Part shown: piece by piece, positions 1-9,489 of the stretch
How positions within the stretch are numbered: the stretch's first letter is position 1
Layout of the letters: every line of letters starts with the position of its first letter
Source: an uncultured Deferribacteres bacterium
GTDB lineage: Bacteria > Zhuqueibacterota > Zhuqueibacteria > Zhuqueibacterales > Geothermadaptataceae
Length of the DNA: 35,511 nucleotides
Reading direction: 5' to 3'
Assembly (NCBI GenBank): GCA_964014485.1
Contig: CAXHAT010000074.1
Coordinates: 1-35,511 of the forward strand
The notes under the pieces: generated by a model
Database searches by the model: none
What the model was told of the DNA's origin: nothing
Seen by the model: the letters and a program-made list of their open reading frames with translations, nothing else
Translations under genes and position numbers: made by a program

Positions 1-50
1 TACGAGATGCAATGGAGTCTCGTGGGCTCGGAGATGTGTATAAGAGCCAG
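1..50 (+). other. Illumina Nextera adapter remnant (sequencing artefact)
   Basis: TACGAGAT (end of P7), an 8-nt index GCAATGGA, GTCTCGTGGGCTCGG, then the Tn5 mosaic end AGATGTGTATAAGAG[C]CAG (1 mismatch to ...GAGACAG). Confidence 0.97.
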
Positions 51-304
51 GTTCTTGATGAGCGGACTCGGCTTTTTTCAAGCAAAGGAAAAAACCTGAG
101 TCCGCCTGGCCGCGCAGGGTCTGCGCAACTTAGACGACGGCAACGAAAAAATCACTGATCACCTCGAACGAACGGCGGTAAAGCGACAGGCTCGAAAAGT
201 CTGGATTCAAACACTCACTTTCGCACTCGCTTGCACGGCGTTTTCTTTGACAATTCATGCCATTTTTTGAAAACTATGTCAGTTTCCGACCGCTTGGCAA
301 AATC

Positions 305-1921
305 TTATTTTTGCTCTGTCAAAATCGGATCATTCGCTAAAATTTTTTGCAGTTTTTCCACATCAATTTCCTGCACAGAGCTGTTTCGGTCAATGGCCAA
401 ACTGGCGGCCATGGCGGCGGATTGGCCGAGCACCATAAAAACTGGCTCCATTCGGATAGAGCCGAAAGCAATGTGGGAAGCGGAAAGACAAACCGGTACA
501 AGCACGTTTTCCGCTTCTTCGCGTTTGGGCGTCAGAGCGCGATAGGAAATTGGGTAAGGCGGAAATCCTCCGATTTGCACGTCGCCTTCGTTCTTGACCA
601 TGCCGTCGACCACGAGACGCTGGCAATTGTGCGAATCCATCGTGTATGCCGCCATGCCAACCGCGTCGCTCACCGTTGTTTCGCCGGTGCAATTCGCCTG
701 CGTCATCACATACTCGCCGATCATCCTTCGCGCTTCGCGCACATAAAGCTGGTGCGAAAAATTCCCGTTATCGACAAACTCATCTTTCGGGTAGCCCCAC
801 TTTTGCATTTCCGTCCGAATATTTTCCGGAACACGCGCATCGTTGGCAAGAAAATATAAGAAACCTTTGGTATAGTCCTCGTGCTCTTTAATAATCTCAG
901 CACGTGTGTCGTAGCTCGCCTCAGGATAGTCGCTGCTCCAGCCAATCATGTCCGTTGAAAAAGCGCCGTTGTTGTTGATGTCGGTCTTGCGGTTGGGCAT
1001 GTCCTGCAAGTGGAAATAACGATCTAAAGAATTTTCATCATCATCGCCGGGAACGTAATACCCGGGACGATAAGAACCGTCCGCCTGCGCCGCGATCAGG
1101 CGCGCCAACAATTCATACTTTGTTGAATCATAATTTTCCGGACGACTCAATGAAATCCTGTTTTCCGCGCTGTCGGTCAGGCAAATGCGAAAATTGTAAG
1201 CTTGAATATTTTCATCGCCGGAACCCGCATCCTGGAGTTGTGCTGCGGAGACGCCCCAAATAAGTCCGCTCGCCGAGTCTCCCTTTGTTTTGTAGGGATC
1301 GACGCCGTCTGGAAACTGGTGTTTTTCACGCATTTGCACGCCGTTGTAGGTCTCATTGTACACAGCGTTCGATTCACGCCCGATGGCATAGCTAATTCCG
1401 GTGCGCGCCATCAAATCGCCTTCATACGAGCAGTCAATAAAAACTTTTGCTTTGATAACTGTCTGAGGATCGGTCTTTTTCGCAGCGTCTTCAAGCACAA
1501 TGCGCTCGACCTGCGCGCCATCCTTTTTAGCAGAAACGATCCGATGCTCGAACAAAACCTCGATCTGCTCCTCGCGGACATAATCGCCGTATACTTTTTC
1601 CGCGACATGCGGCTCAAAAATCCACTGTTCGCCTTGACCGTAATGCTGACCAATTCGCTTATAAAAGTCTCTTGAAAGTCCCGTAATCGCGTGTTTATTT
1701 CCAATATCGGTCTGGCCCAAACCGCCCGCCGTCATGCCGCCCAAATGCTTGCCCGGCTCGATGAGAAGCACCGATTTGCCCATTCTCTTCGCGGCGACGG
1801 CGGCGATGACTCCGGCTGACGTACCGCCATAAATACAAATATCCGTTTCCATATTTTCTTGCGTTTGCGAGCATTGCAAAAAAAGCAGCGCCGTAAAAAA
1901 TTGCGTGAAGCGTCTTACCAT
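305..1921 (-). CDS. FAD-dependent oxidoreductase (FAD_oxidored / xanthan-lyase-associated family), probable lipoprotein
   Basis: IYGGTSAGVIAA dinucleotide-binding motif; FIDCSYEGDL, YVREARR and SIRMEPVFM family motifs; N-terminal LLFLQC lipobox-like signal. Confidence 0.85.
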   Translation of the reverse strand: MVRRFTQFFTALLFLQCSQTQENMETDICIYGGTSAGVIAAVAAKRMGKSVLLIEPGKHLGGMTAGGLGQTDIGNKHAITGLSRDFYKRIGQHYGQGEQWIFEPHVAEKVYGDYVREEQIEVLFEHRIVSAKKDGAQVERIVLEDAAKKTDPQTVIKAKVFIDCSYEGDLMARTGISYAIGRESNAVYNETYNGVQMREKHQFPDGVDPYKTKGDSASGLIWGVSAAQLQDAGSGDENIQAYNFRICLTDSAENRISLSRPENYDSTKYELLARLIAAQADGSYRPGYYVPGDDDENSLDRYFHLQDMPNRKTDINNNGAFSTDMIGWSSDYPEASYDTRAEIIKEHEDYTKGFLYFLANDARVPENIRTEMQKWGYPKDEFVDNGNFSHQLYVREARRMIGEYVMTQANCTGETTVSDAVGMAAYTMDSHNCQRLVVDGMVKNEGDVQIGGFPPYPISYRALTPKREEAENVLVPVCLSASHIAFGSIRMEPVFMVLGQSAAMAASLAIDRNSSVQEIDVEKLQKILANDPILTEQK

Positions 1922-2129
1922 TTTTATCTCAAATCAATTCTGGCGGTCGTAATGCCGTCATGGTCGGAGCCCCCAAAATTATTCCGGCCAATAAAACCTT
2001 TCTCAACGCCATTTACAATCCGAATCGACTCGAATTAAAAACGCTTGTCTCATCTTTCTAAAAGTGGCTTTTTGGCAAAATCGTTTAACACACAAACGGT
2101 GTGTTTTAAACATCTTGTTTGGAGGAAAA

Positions 2130-3626
2130 ATGCAAAAAAGCTATGATTTTGTGATTATCGGAACCGGAGCGGGCGGCGGGACTTTGGCCTACGCACTGCG
2201 CAACAGCGGGGCTAAAATTCTCCTTCTCGAGCGCGGCGATTTCTTACCGCAAGAACCTGAAAACTGGGATCACGAAGCGGTATTTCATCGCAAAAGATAC
2301 AAGCCGGCTGAAAAATGGCTCGATGCGGCAGGCGGCGATTTTCCGCCAGGCGTGCATTACTTCGTCGGCGGCAACACCAAAGTTTACGGCGCGGCGCTGC
2401 CCAGATTACGGCGCGAAGACTTTGAAGCGCTGGAACACGAAGGCGGCGTTTCTCCGGCTTGGCCGATTTCATACGATGATCTTGAGCCGTTTTACGCGGA
2501 AGCGGAAAAAACCTATCGCGTCCACGGTAACGGCGGCGAAGATCCAAGCGAACCGATTCGTTCCGACGCTCCCCCCTTCCCCGCCCTGCCGCACGAGCCG
2601 CAAATCGCTGAATTGACGGAAAAAATTCGTTCTCAAGGCTTGCATCCGTTTTCGCTTCCCATGGGCATAGATTTGGAAGGCGCCTGTATTCGCTGCAAAA
2701 CCTGCGACGGCTTCCCTTGCCGAGTCCTTGCGAAGAGCGACGCGGAAGTTTGCTGCGTTCGCCCGGCGTTGGAATCACCGAATGTTTCGTTGCAAAAAAA
2801 CTCCTTCGCGCGCCGGTTGCTGACCGACGGATCAGGCAAAAAAGTAATCGCCGTTGAAGTTGAAAAAGACGGGGAAATCCATAAAATCAAAGCCGGGACA
2901 TTCATCGTTTCTTGCGGGGCCGTCAACTCAACAGCATTGCTTTTTCGATCTGAAAACGGCAATCAAAAACACAATCTGGCCAATAGCTCCGGACTTCTCG
3001 GGCGAAATTATATGGCGCACAATAATACCGCGCTTATGGCGATCAATCCGCGTCAGAAAAACACGACTGTCTTTCAAAAAACCGTCGCGGTAAACGATTT
3101 TTATCTCAGCGGGCCGGATTTTCCTTATCCGATGGGAAATTTGCAGTTGATTGGAAAATTGCAAGCCGGCATGTTGGCGGCGGCAAAACCATACTTGCCG
3201 AAATCGTTTTTACAAGCACTGGCCAACCGCAGCGTGGACTGGTGGGTGATGTCGGAGGATCTACCTGATCCTGAGAATTGCGTCACGCTGAAAAGTTCAG
3301 GTAAAATTTGTGTGCGTTATCAGCCGAATAATCGTTTAGCGCACCAAAAACTCATTGCAGCGGCGCGGCGGATGATGAAGCGGGCGGGCTACCCGATTGT
3401 CCTGACGCAAACGATGGGGATCGAGACCAACTCGCACCAATGCGGCACGATGCGTTTCGGACACAATCCGGAAACTTCCGTTCTCGATCCGTTTTGCAAA
3501 GCGCACGATCTTGAAAATCTGTATGTCGTAGATGCGTCGTTTTTCCCGTCTTCAACGGCTGTCAACCCGGCGCTAACCATTGCGGCGCAGGCGTTGCGGG
3601 TCGGGAAAAAACTATTGGCAGGCTGA
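2130..3626 (+). CDS. GMC family oxidoreductase
   Basis: VIIGTGAGGGT FAD motif, VGGNTKVYG, C-terminal HQCGT...NLYVVDASFFPS...NPALT; start placed at ATG 2130 after a GGAGG RBS. Confidence 0.9.
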   Translation: MQKSYDFVIIGTGAGGGTLAYALRNSGAKILLLERGDFLPQEPENWDHEAVFHRKRYKPAEKWLDAAGGDFPPGVHYFVGGNTKVYGAALPRLRREDFEALEHEGGVSPAWPISYDDLEPFYAEAEKTYRVHGNGGEDPSEPIRSDAPPFPALPHEPQIAELTEKIRSQGLHPFSLPMGIDLEGACIRCKTCDGFPCRVLAKSDAEVCCVRPALESPNVSLQKNSFARRLLTDGSGKKVIAVEVEKDGEIHKIKAGTFIVSCGAVNSTALLFRSENGNQKHNLANSSGLLGRNYMAHNNTALMAINPRQKNTTVFQKTVAVNDFYLSGPDFPYPMGNLQLIGKLQAGMLAAAKPYLPKSFLQALANRSVDWWVMSEDLPDPENCVTLKSSGKICVRYQPNNRLAHQKLIAAARRMMKRAGYPIVLTQTMGIETNSHQCGTMRFGHNPETSVLDPFCKAHDLENLYVVDASFFPSSTAVNPALTIAAQALRVGKKLLAG

Positions 3627-3635
3627 ATAGACGAG

Positions 3636-5075
3636 CTATAATTTCGAGGCCAGAATTTCATTCACCAGCTTCGGGTTTGCCTTACCCCGGCTGGCGCGCA
3701 TGACCTGTCCGACGAAGAAGCCGATCAACTTTTGCTCCCCATTTTTGTAACGCTCAACTTCAGAGGAATGATTTGCCAAAACTTCGTCGACAATTTTTTC
3801 AATTTCGCCGGTATTTGAAATCTGCGAAAGCCCTTTCTCTTCCACAATTTCTTGCGGCGATTTGCGGCTGACCAACATCTCGTCGAAAACGCGCTTTGCG
3901 ATTTTGCCGTTGACGGCGCCGGTCGCCAGTAACTTGAGCAACTTCCCCAGACGCTCAGGCGAAATCGGAAAATCCCGAATCGTCGTTTTTGATTCGTTGA
4001 CGACGCGCATGACCTTTCCCATCACCCAATTGCTCGCCGTTTTCGGGTCTTTAATTTCATTATTGACAGCTTCAAAATAGTCGGCGATTTCTTTTTCCGC
4101 CGTAAGCACCCCGGCGTCATATTCAGGAAGCTCCAACTCATTGACGAATCTGTCACGGCGCGCTCTTGGCAGTTCAGGCAATTCGCGTTTTATCAGCGCG
4201 CGCCATTCGTCATCAATCACGAGCGGCACAAGGTCAGGATCGGGAAAATAGCGATAATCGTGCGCATATTCTTTGGTTCGCATTGGCCGCACAACGTTTG
4301 CGTCAGCATCCCAAAGCAAGGTTTGCTGAGTTATTTGTTCGCCGCTTTTAACCATGCGAATCTGGCGTTGGATTTCATATTCCAAAGCCTTTTCGACGCC
4401 GCTGATCGAATTCATATTTTTAAGCTCAGTCTTGACGCCAAGCTCATCTTGTCCGACCGGGCGAACCGAAACATTGGCGTCACAGCGCAGGCTGCCCTCG
4501 GACATGTTGCCGTCCGAAACGCCCACATAACGAACAATTTGCCGCATTTGCTCCAAATATGATCCAGCCTCCTTCGGAGACCGCATGTCCGGCGCAGAAA
4601 CAATCTCGATCAACGGCACGCCGCAGCGATTCACGTCGATCAGCGTCTCGTCATCCGCAACAAAATCTTCGTTATGGACGGATTTCCCGGCGTCTTCCTC
4701 AAGATGGATACTAATTATGTTGATTGTCTTTTTTACTCCGCCGTCTAATTCAACATCAAGGTAACCATGCTCACAAATCGGTTTTTCATACTGGGAAATT
4801 TGGTAGCCTTTGGGCAGGTCGGGGTAAAAATAATGCTTGCGCGCAAAGATCGATTCGTCGGCAATGGTACAATTTGTCGCGAAACCCATACGCATGGCAT
4901 AATCAACGACCTTTCTGTTCAAAACAGGCAAAACGCCGGGCAAGCCAAGCGTGACCGGTTCAACGTGCGTATTCGGCGCTCCGCCAAAAGACGCGCTGCT
5001 GTTTGAAAAAATCTTGCTCTCGGTTTGCAGTTGAACGTGAACTTCGAGACCGATAACTGCTTCAAATTCTTTCAT
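3636..5075 (-). CDS. gatB: Asp-tRNA(Asn)/Glu-tRNA(Gln) amidotransferase subunit B
   Basis: VIGLEVHVQL, RKHYFYPDLPKGYQISQ, HLEEDAGKS, GSLRCDANVS, YRYFPDPDL, C-terminal YqeY-like FFVGQVMR. Confidence 0.97.
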   Translation of the reverse strand: MKEFEAVIGLEVHVQLQTESKIFSNSSASFGGAPNTHVEPVTLGLPGVLPVLNRKVVDYAMRMGFATNCTIADESIFARKHYFYPDLPKGYQISQYEKPICEHGYLDVELDGGVKKTINIISIHLEEDAGKSVHNEDFVADDETLIDVNRCGVPLIEIVSAPDMRSPKEAGSYLEQMRQIVRYVGVSDGNMSEGSLRCDANVSVRPVGQDELGVKTELKNMNSISGVEKALEYEIQRQIRMVKSGEQITQQTLLWDADANVVRPMRTKEYAHDYRYFPDPDLVPLVIDDEWRALIKRELPELPRARRDRFVNELELPEYDAGVLTAEKEIADYFEAVNNEIKDPKTASNWVMGKVMRVVNESKTTIRDFPISPERLGKLLKLLATGAVNGKIAKRVFDEMLVSRKSPQEIVEEKGLSQISNTGEIEKIVDEVLANHSSEVERYKNGEQKLIGFFVGQVMRASRGKANPKLVNEILASKL

Positions 5076-5223
5076 GCGTTTTCTTTATTTTCCGTGTCGC
5101 TCGTTGTAGTATTCGATATAAGCATTTACGCGCTGCGGCGGCTTTTACCCGACTTCCAAACCGTGCCAGTGATCCGGTCGCCAATGGAAAAAACGTTCTG
5201 GAAAAGCCATTGCATCACTCGTC

Positions 5224-5529
5224 TTAATTCAACTGCTCCCAGATTTCTTTAACAGGCAGAATCTGTTTGCCATGACGTACAGTAAGAACTTCAATTTGGT
5301 TATTTTTCAAACGGTAGATGATTCTGTATTGGCCAAACAAAAGCTCGCGAACATCATCCCTTTCAAGCTCAGGAACCATTCTCCCGCTCTTCGGAAAATC
5401 TTCAATGATTTTGACCTGATCAAAAATTCTCGCGACCCATTTTCTGGCCGCACCGGGCTTATCTGCAGCAATGTAACGCGCAATTTCTTCAACTCGGTTC
5501 AACGCCAAGAGAGACCACTTGATTTTCAT
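5224..5529 (-). CDS. Type II toxin, RelE/ParE family
   Basis: 101 aa with FPKSGRMVPE...RELLFGQYRIIYR...VLTVRHG pattern; start overlaps the antitoxin stop (TAATG). Confidence 0.88.
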   Translation of the reverse strand: MKIKWSLLALNRVEEIARYIAADKPGAARKWVARIFDQVKIIEDFPKSGRMVPELERDDVRELLFGQYRIIYRLKNNQIEVLTVRHGKQILPVKEIWEQLN

Positions 5530-5813
5530 TAGCTGATTTGCAAGCTTTCAAGAACTCGCTTTTTCGCTTCATCATGGGCCAAGCCAAGTCCAGCGTCCAA
5601 TTCTTTTTCCGCTGTACGGACTTCTTGAAGAAGTTCGAGCTTATCCATTAGAGCTTCATATTCTTTAACGTCAAGAAGTACTGCAGCGCTTTTCCCGTGC
5701 TGTGTTATTACAAGAGGCCTTTTGGTATCGCGAACTTGCTGAATAAAAACAGTTGCGTTGGCGCGGAAGGCGGACAACGGTTGAATATCATCGTCAAGCA
5801 CTAGTCTTTTCAT
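5529..5813 (-). CDS. Type II antitoxin, Phd/YefM family
   Basis: DIQPLSAFRAN...RPLVITQHGKSAAVLLDVKEYE Phd/YefM signature; directly upstream of the toxin. Confidence 0.9.
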   Translation of the reverse strand: MKRLVLDDDIQPLSAFRANATVFIQQVRDTKRPLVITQHGKSAAVLLDVKEYEALMDKLELLQEVRTAEKELDAGLGLAHDEAKKRVLESLQIS

Positions 5814-5968
5814 AAGTCACCCTTTTAATCGTACCATCTATGCACCCAAAAAAGATACAATACCAAGGCTTTCATACAAGACCTTTTATTATTCCATTTG
5901 CAAAGGAATCAAATACAACCAGTGCGGCCTACCTGTAAGACTGCGTATGAACTGAAGCCTTCGAGTAC

Positions 5969-7402
5969 CTAAAAAGCTTTTCCGAGAAAATCCGCCGCTT
6001 TTAAAATGCCTTGCTCATCAAAAGGCCGTCCGATCAATTGCAGGCCGATGGGAAGGTTTTTGTTATCAAATCCGGCGGGGAAGGAAAGCGCGGGAAGGCC
6101 GGCCAAATTGACCGAAGCCGTAAAAATATCAGCGAGATACATTTCCAGCGGGTCGTCAATTTTTTCGCCTATTTTGAACGCCGTTGAGGGCGTGGTTGGA
6201 GTCAGCAGGTAATCACATTTCTCAAACGCGGCTTCAAAATCGCGCCGGATCAACGTTCGCGCTTGCATGGCTTTGCGGTAATACGCGTCATAATATCCGG
6301 AACTCAGGACGTACGTCCCTAACATGATGCGTCGTTTCACCTCGTCGCCAAAGCCCTCACTTCGGGAGTTGACGTACATTTCTTCGAGGCTCGCCGCATT
6401 TGAGCTGCGATAACCGTAGCGCGCACCATCGTACCTGGCAAGATTGGATGACGCTTCCGCCGTGCAAATAACGTAATATGCAGCGATGCAATACTCCGTC
6501 ATCGGTAAAGAAACGTCTATGAGTTCCGCCCCAGCCGCTGTCGCGGCTTTCTTGATTTTTTCAATGGCTTGTAAAATTTCAGGCTGGACGTCCTTAGTTA
6601 AATACTCTTGCGGCAAACCGATCTTTTTGCCTCGAATCGAGGCCCCAAGTTGTTGAGCCGTTTTCCCGTCAGGAGCATTCGAACTTGTGCTGTCGCGCAT
6701 ATCTTGGCCGGAAATTGTATCCAGAACAAGCGCCAGATCAGTAGCATTAGTTGCAAAAGGGCCGATTTGGTCGAGGGATGAGGCAAAGGCGGCGAGACCG
6801 TATCGTGAGACGCGACCGTAGGTTGGCTTCAGCCCGTACACGCCGCAAAAAGCGGCTGGTTGGCGAATCGAACCGCCAGTATCCGAACCCAAGGCAGCAT
6901 GACAAAAACCGGAGGCGACCGCCGCCGCCGAGCCGCCGGATGAACCGCCGGCAACCCGTGTCGAATCGTGCGGGTTTTCCACCACGCCAAATGCGGAATT
7001 CTCCGTTGAGCTTCCCATGGCAAATTCGTCCAGGTTGGTCTTGCCGATAATAATTGCGTCAGCGGCGCGCAGTTTTTCCACGACGTGCGCGTCGAAGGGA
7101 GAAGTGTAATTGGAGAGAATTTTTGAACCGCAGGAGAGCACGCGGTTTTTGACCGCAATATTGTCTTTTAAAGCAACAACGGCTCCCGCCAACGGCCCGG
7201 CGGAACCATTATTAATTTTTGTTTGAATACTTCTTGCGGATTCGAGGGCTTCTTCTTCAAATACTTGAAGAAAAGCGTTCTGATTGTTTTGGGCTTTAAT
7301 TTTCGCAAGGAAAGCTGCGACGACTTCTTGCAGTTTTATGTCACCTTTTCGAAGTCGTCGCTGTAAACTGGGGATGTCTGAGCGGGGATCATCCATGCTC
7401 AA
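5969..7402 (-). CDS. gatA: Asp-tRNA(Asn)/Glu-tRNA(Gln) amidotransferase subunit A
   Basis: Amidase signature GKTNLDEFAMGSSTENS, GGSSGGSAAAV, GSDTGGSIRQPA, EVKRRIMLGTYVLSSGYYDAYY; start may be ATG 7396. Confidence 0.96.
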   Translation of the reverse strand: MSMDDPRSDIPSLQRRLRKGDIKLQEVVAAFLAKIKAQNNQNAFLQVFEEEALESARSIQTKINNGSAGPLAGAVVALKDNIAVKNRVLSCGSKILSNYTSPFDAHVVEKLRAADAIIIGKTNLDEFAMGSSTENSAFGVVENPHDSTRVAGGSSGGSAAAVASGFCHAALGSDTGGSIRQPAAFCGVYGLKPTYGRVSRYGLAAFASSLDQIGPFATNATDLALVLDTISGQDMRDSTSSNAPDGKTAQQLGASIRGKKIGLPQEYLTKDVQPEILQAIEKIKKAATAAGAELIDVSLPMTEYCIAAYYVICTAEASSNLARYDGARYGYRSSNAASLEEMYVNSRSEGFGDEVKRRIMLGTYVLSSGYYDAYYRKAMQARTLIRRDFEAAFEKCDYLLTPTTPSTAFKIGEKIDDPLEMYLADIFTASVNLAGLPALSFPAGFDNKNLPIGLQLIGRPFDEQGILKAADFLGKAF

Positions 7403-7404
7403 TA

Positions 7405-7593
7405 TCAGGCTTGGTCTTTTTTCGTGGTCGTTGTCGAATCGTCAATCTTGGTGACTTCTTCAACTTCGTTTGCAGCAGATTTAAACTCTTTAATACCTTT
7501 TCCAAGCCCTTTGGCCAACTCCGGCAATTTCTTGGCGCCAAAGAGAAGAACGATAATGAAGAGAATGATGATCATTTCCGTTGTGCCGGGCAT
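7405..7593 (-). CDS. tatA: Twin-arginine translocase TatA/TatE subunit
   Basis: One TM helix, FG hinge, amphipathic [18 protein letters not shown]. Confidence 0.92.
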   Translation of the reverse strand: MPGTTEMIIILFIIVLLFGAKKLPELAKGLGKGIKEFKSAANEVEEVTKIDDSTTTTKKDQA

Positions 7594-7623
7594 GATGCGC
7601 CTCCTTCAAATATGAATGATGAT

Positions 7624-7869
7624 TTATTTTAAATCTTTATCGTCAGAGCCGTGAAAATCGTAGGTGTTATTCTGCTTTTTGTAATCGATTTTCGGCTGGT
7701 CAAAATTATCTATGTCAAGCTCTTGCTTAACGTCTTCCGCTGCACGGCGAAGCTCGGACAAGCCTTTGCCCAATCCCCGCGCCAGCTCAGGAATTTTTTT
7801 AGGGCCGAAAAAAATAAGCACGACCAGCATGATGATCATCAACTCGGCCATGCCAATACCGCCGAACAT
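7624..7869 (-). CDS. Twin-arginine translocase TatA/TatB family subunit
   Basis: MFGGIGMAELMII...FFGPKKIPELARGLGKGLSELRRA; GGAG RBS upstream. Confidence 0.88.
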   Translation of the reverse strand: MFGGIGMAELMIIMLVVLIFFGPKKIPELARGLGKGLSELRRAAEDVKQELDIDNFDQPKIDYKKQNNTYDFHGSDDKDLK

Positions 7870-7982
7870 CTCGAATTCTCCTTAAGTCAATCTTGAAATC
7901 TGTTCTCAACGCCGCCGTTTCCGCGCCTGTGAAGATAAATAACTTACGGGAAACATCCATAAATATTTTTATCCCGCCCTCT

Positions 7983-8178
7983 CTACCTGACACTTTTTTG
8001 TAGACTGCATTTTTGAGTCGTCGAAAGGCCTCGTTTTGTCATTCTGTAGGAATCTTTGTTATCGCCCAGTCCAGCTCATGCCCAAAAGTTCAAGGCTCGC
8101 ATCAAAAAAGATGCTTACGGTATAACAATTCCGGCCTTTTTCGCCAGCTTTAGAAGCTTACCAAAAAGTGTCAGATAG
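7983..8178. repeat. MITE-like nested inverted-repeat element
   Basis: Imperfect 21-bp terminal inverted repeats (7983-8003 and 8158-8178) and inner inverted repeats (8036-8057 and 8107-8128, 17/22 match); no ORF. Confidence 0.6.
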
Positions 8179-8198
8179 TGAATCCCGGCGGCAAAAAC

Positions 8199-8465
8199 TC
8201 AGTACCACCGCAGCATATAAATCGCAACGAGAACTCCGATAAATCCAACGAGGTTTATCTTTAGCGTCAATCCAAGCGTGATTGAAAAAACGATCACGTT
8301 GAGCGTTGTCGGCCCAAAAGAAGGCTCCCAAAGCGGCTTGACAAAAAACTGTTTTACAACGCCCTCAGGCAAAACAAAAATAATCAGCTCGCCCAGCAAG
8401 CTTCCAACCATGGCGCCAATCAAAATAACCAGAACAATTTTTCCCAAAGAATATTTCGAACGCAA
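8199..8465 (-). CDS. Small membrane protein (DUF4321-like)
   Basis: 88 aa with hydrophobic N- and C-terminal helices; ILIGAMVGSLLGE...TLGLTLKINLVG pattern. Confidence 0.7.
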   Translation of the reverse strand: MRSKYSLGKIVLVILIGAMVGSLLGELIIFVLPEGVVKQFFVKPLWEPSFGPTTLNVIVFSITLGLTLKINLVGFIGVLVAIYMLRWY

Positions 8466-8518
8466 TCAGAACTCCTGCACGAATTTTTCTTTCAGCTTTG
8501 TTTTCATGGTAGAGTCCT

Positions 8519-9217
8519 TTAAGCGGCGAGGCGCGTTTTAATCAAGGAAGAAAAAATATGAATCCCGTCTGCTGAACCCAGACTACTTTCGCAGGCGCGC
8601 TCAGGGTGCGGCATCATGCCCAATACGTTTCCGGTTTTGTTGGTAATCCCTGCGATATTTCGAAGAGAGCCGTTCGGGTTCGCGTTTTTAGCGGTCTCGC
8701 CCTCGGCTGAGCTATAACGGAATAATACCTGATTGTTCGCTTCAAGCTCGTCAATTACGTCGTTTTCAGCGTAATAATTGCCCTCGCCGTGCGCGATCGG
8801 CATTTTCAGGACTTGCCCTTTTTGGCAGGCTCCGGTAAACGCCGAGTTCGTATGTTCGACACGGATATTGATCTGGCGACAGATAAAATCGAGGTTCTGA
8901 TTTCTCATCAATGAGCCGGGCAATAGACCGCTTTCGCACAAAACCTGAAATCCATTGCAAACGCCGACGACCGTGCCGCCCTTTTGGGCAAATCCGAGCA
9001 CTTCGCGCATGACCGGAGAAAAACGCGCGATGGCGCCGCCGCGCAGATAATCGCCGTAAGAAAATCCGCCCGGCAAAAAGACGGCGCTCAAATCCGAAAT
9101 ATCCGTTTCCTTATGCCAGACGAATCGCACATTCTGGCGCAACACATGCTTGAGCGCATGATAAAGATCATGATCACAATTCGACCCTGGAAAAACAACA
9201 ACGCCTAATTTATCCAT
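8519..9217 (-). CDS. purQ: Phosphoribosylformylglycinamidine synthase glutaminase subunit
   Basis: [27 protein letters not shown] (catalytic Cys), [15 protein letters not shown]. Confidence 0.97.
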   Translation of the reverse strand: MDKLGVVVFPGSNCDHDLYHALKHVLRQNVRFVWHKETDISDLSAVFLPGGFSYGDYLRGGAIARFSPVMREVLGFAQKGGTVVGVCNGFQVLCESGLLPGSLMRNQNLDFICRQINIRVEHTNSAFTGACQKGQVLKMPIAHGEGNYYAENDVIDELEANNQVLFRYSSAEGETAKNANPNGSLRNIAGITNKTGNVLGMMPHPERACESSLGSADGIHIFSSLIKTRLAA

Positions 9218-9479
9218 TGCCGTTTTCCCGTTTTGTCAGCTCAAAAGAAAAATCTTCGATGACAGGGTTTGCGAGCAGTTGTCGGCAAGCTTTGTCGATT
9301 TGCGCATTGGCGCTCTCATCATCTTCCGCACGAATTTCAAATTCGATCAATTTGCCGGTTCTGACGTCTCCCACGCTTGAAAAGCCTAGCGCCTCGAGAG
9401 CGTGTTGTATGGCTTTGCCCTGCGGATCTAGGATGCCGCTTTTTAAGCGAACGTTGACTTCAGCTTTATAGTCGTTCAT
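9210..9479 (-). CDS. purS: Phosphoribosylformylglycinamidine synthase subunit PurS
   Basis: [13 protein letters not shown]...[10 protein letters not shown]; overlaps the purQ start. Confidence 0.95.
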   Translation of the reverse strand: MNDYKAEVNVRLKSGILDPQGKAIQHALEALGFSSVGDVRTGKLIEFEIRAEDDESANAQIDKACRQLLANPVIEDFSFELTKRENGNG

Positions 9480-9489
9480 ATCTTACTCT

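Noticed and set aside
32..50. Tn5/IS50 mosaic end as a genuine transposon end
   Set aside because: It is embedded in Nextera primer and P7 sequence, and no transposase is present.
62..105. Imperfect hairpin GCGGACTC...GAGTCCGC near the contig start
   Set aside because: Single copy next to adapter-contaminated sequence. It could be a terminator or repeat but cannot be supported.
5085..5215. Minus-strand fragment ...VNAYIEYYNERHGK resembling an integrase-core transposase tail
   Set aside because: Too short, preceded by an in-frame stop, and without inverted repeats. It cannot be distinguished from chance.
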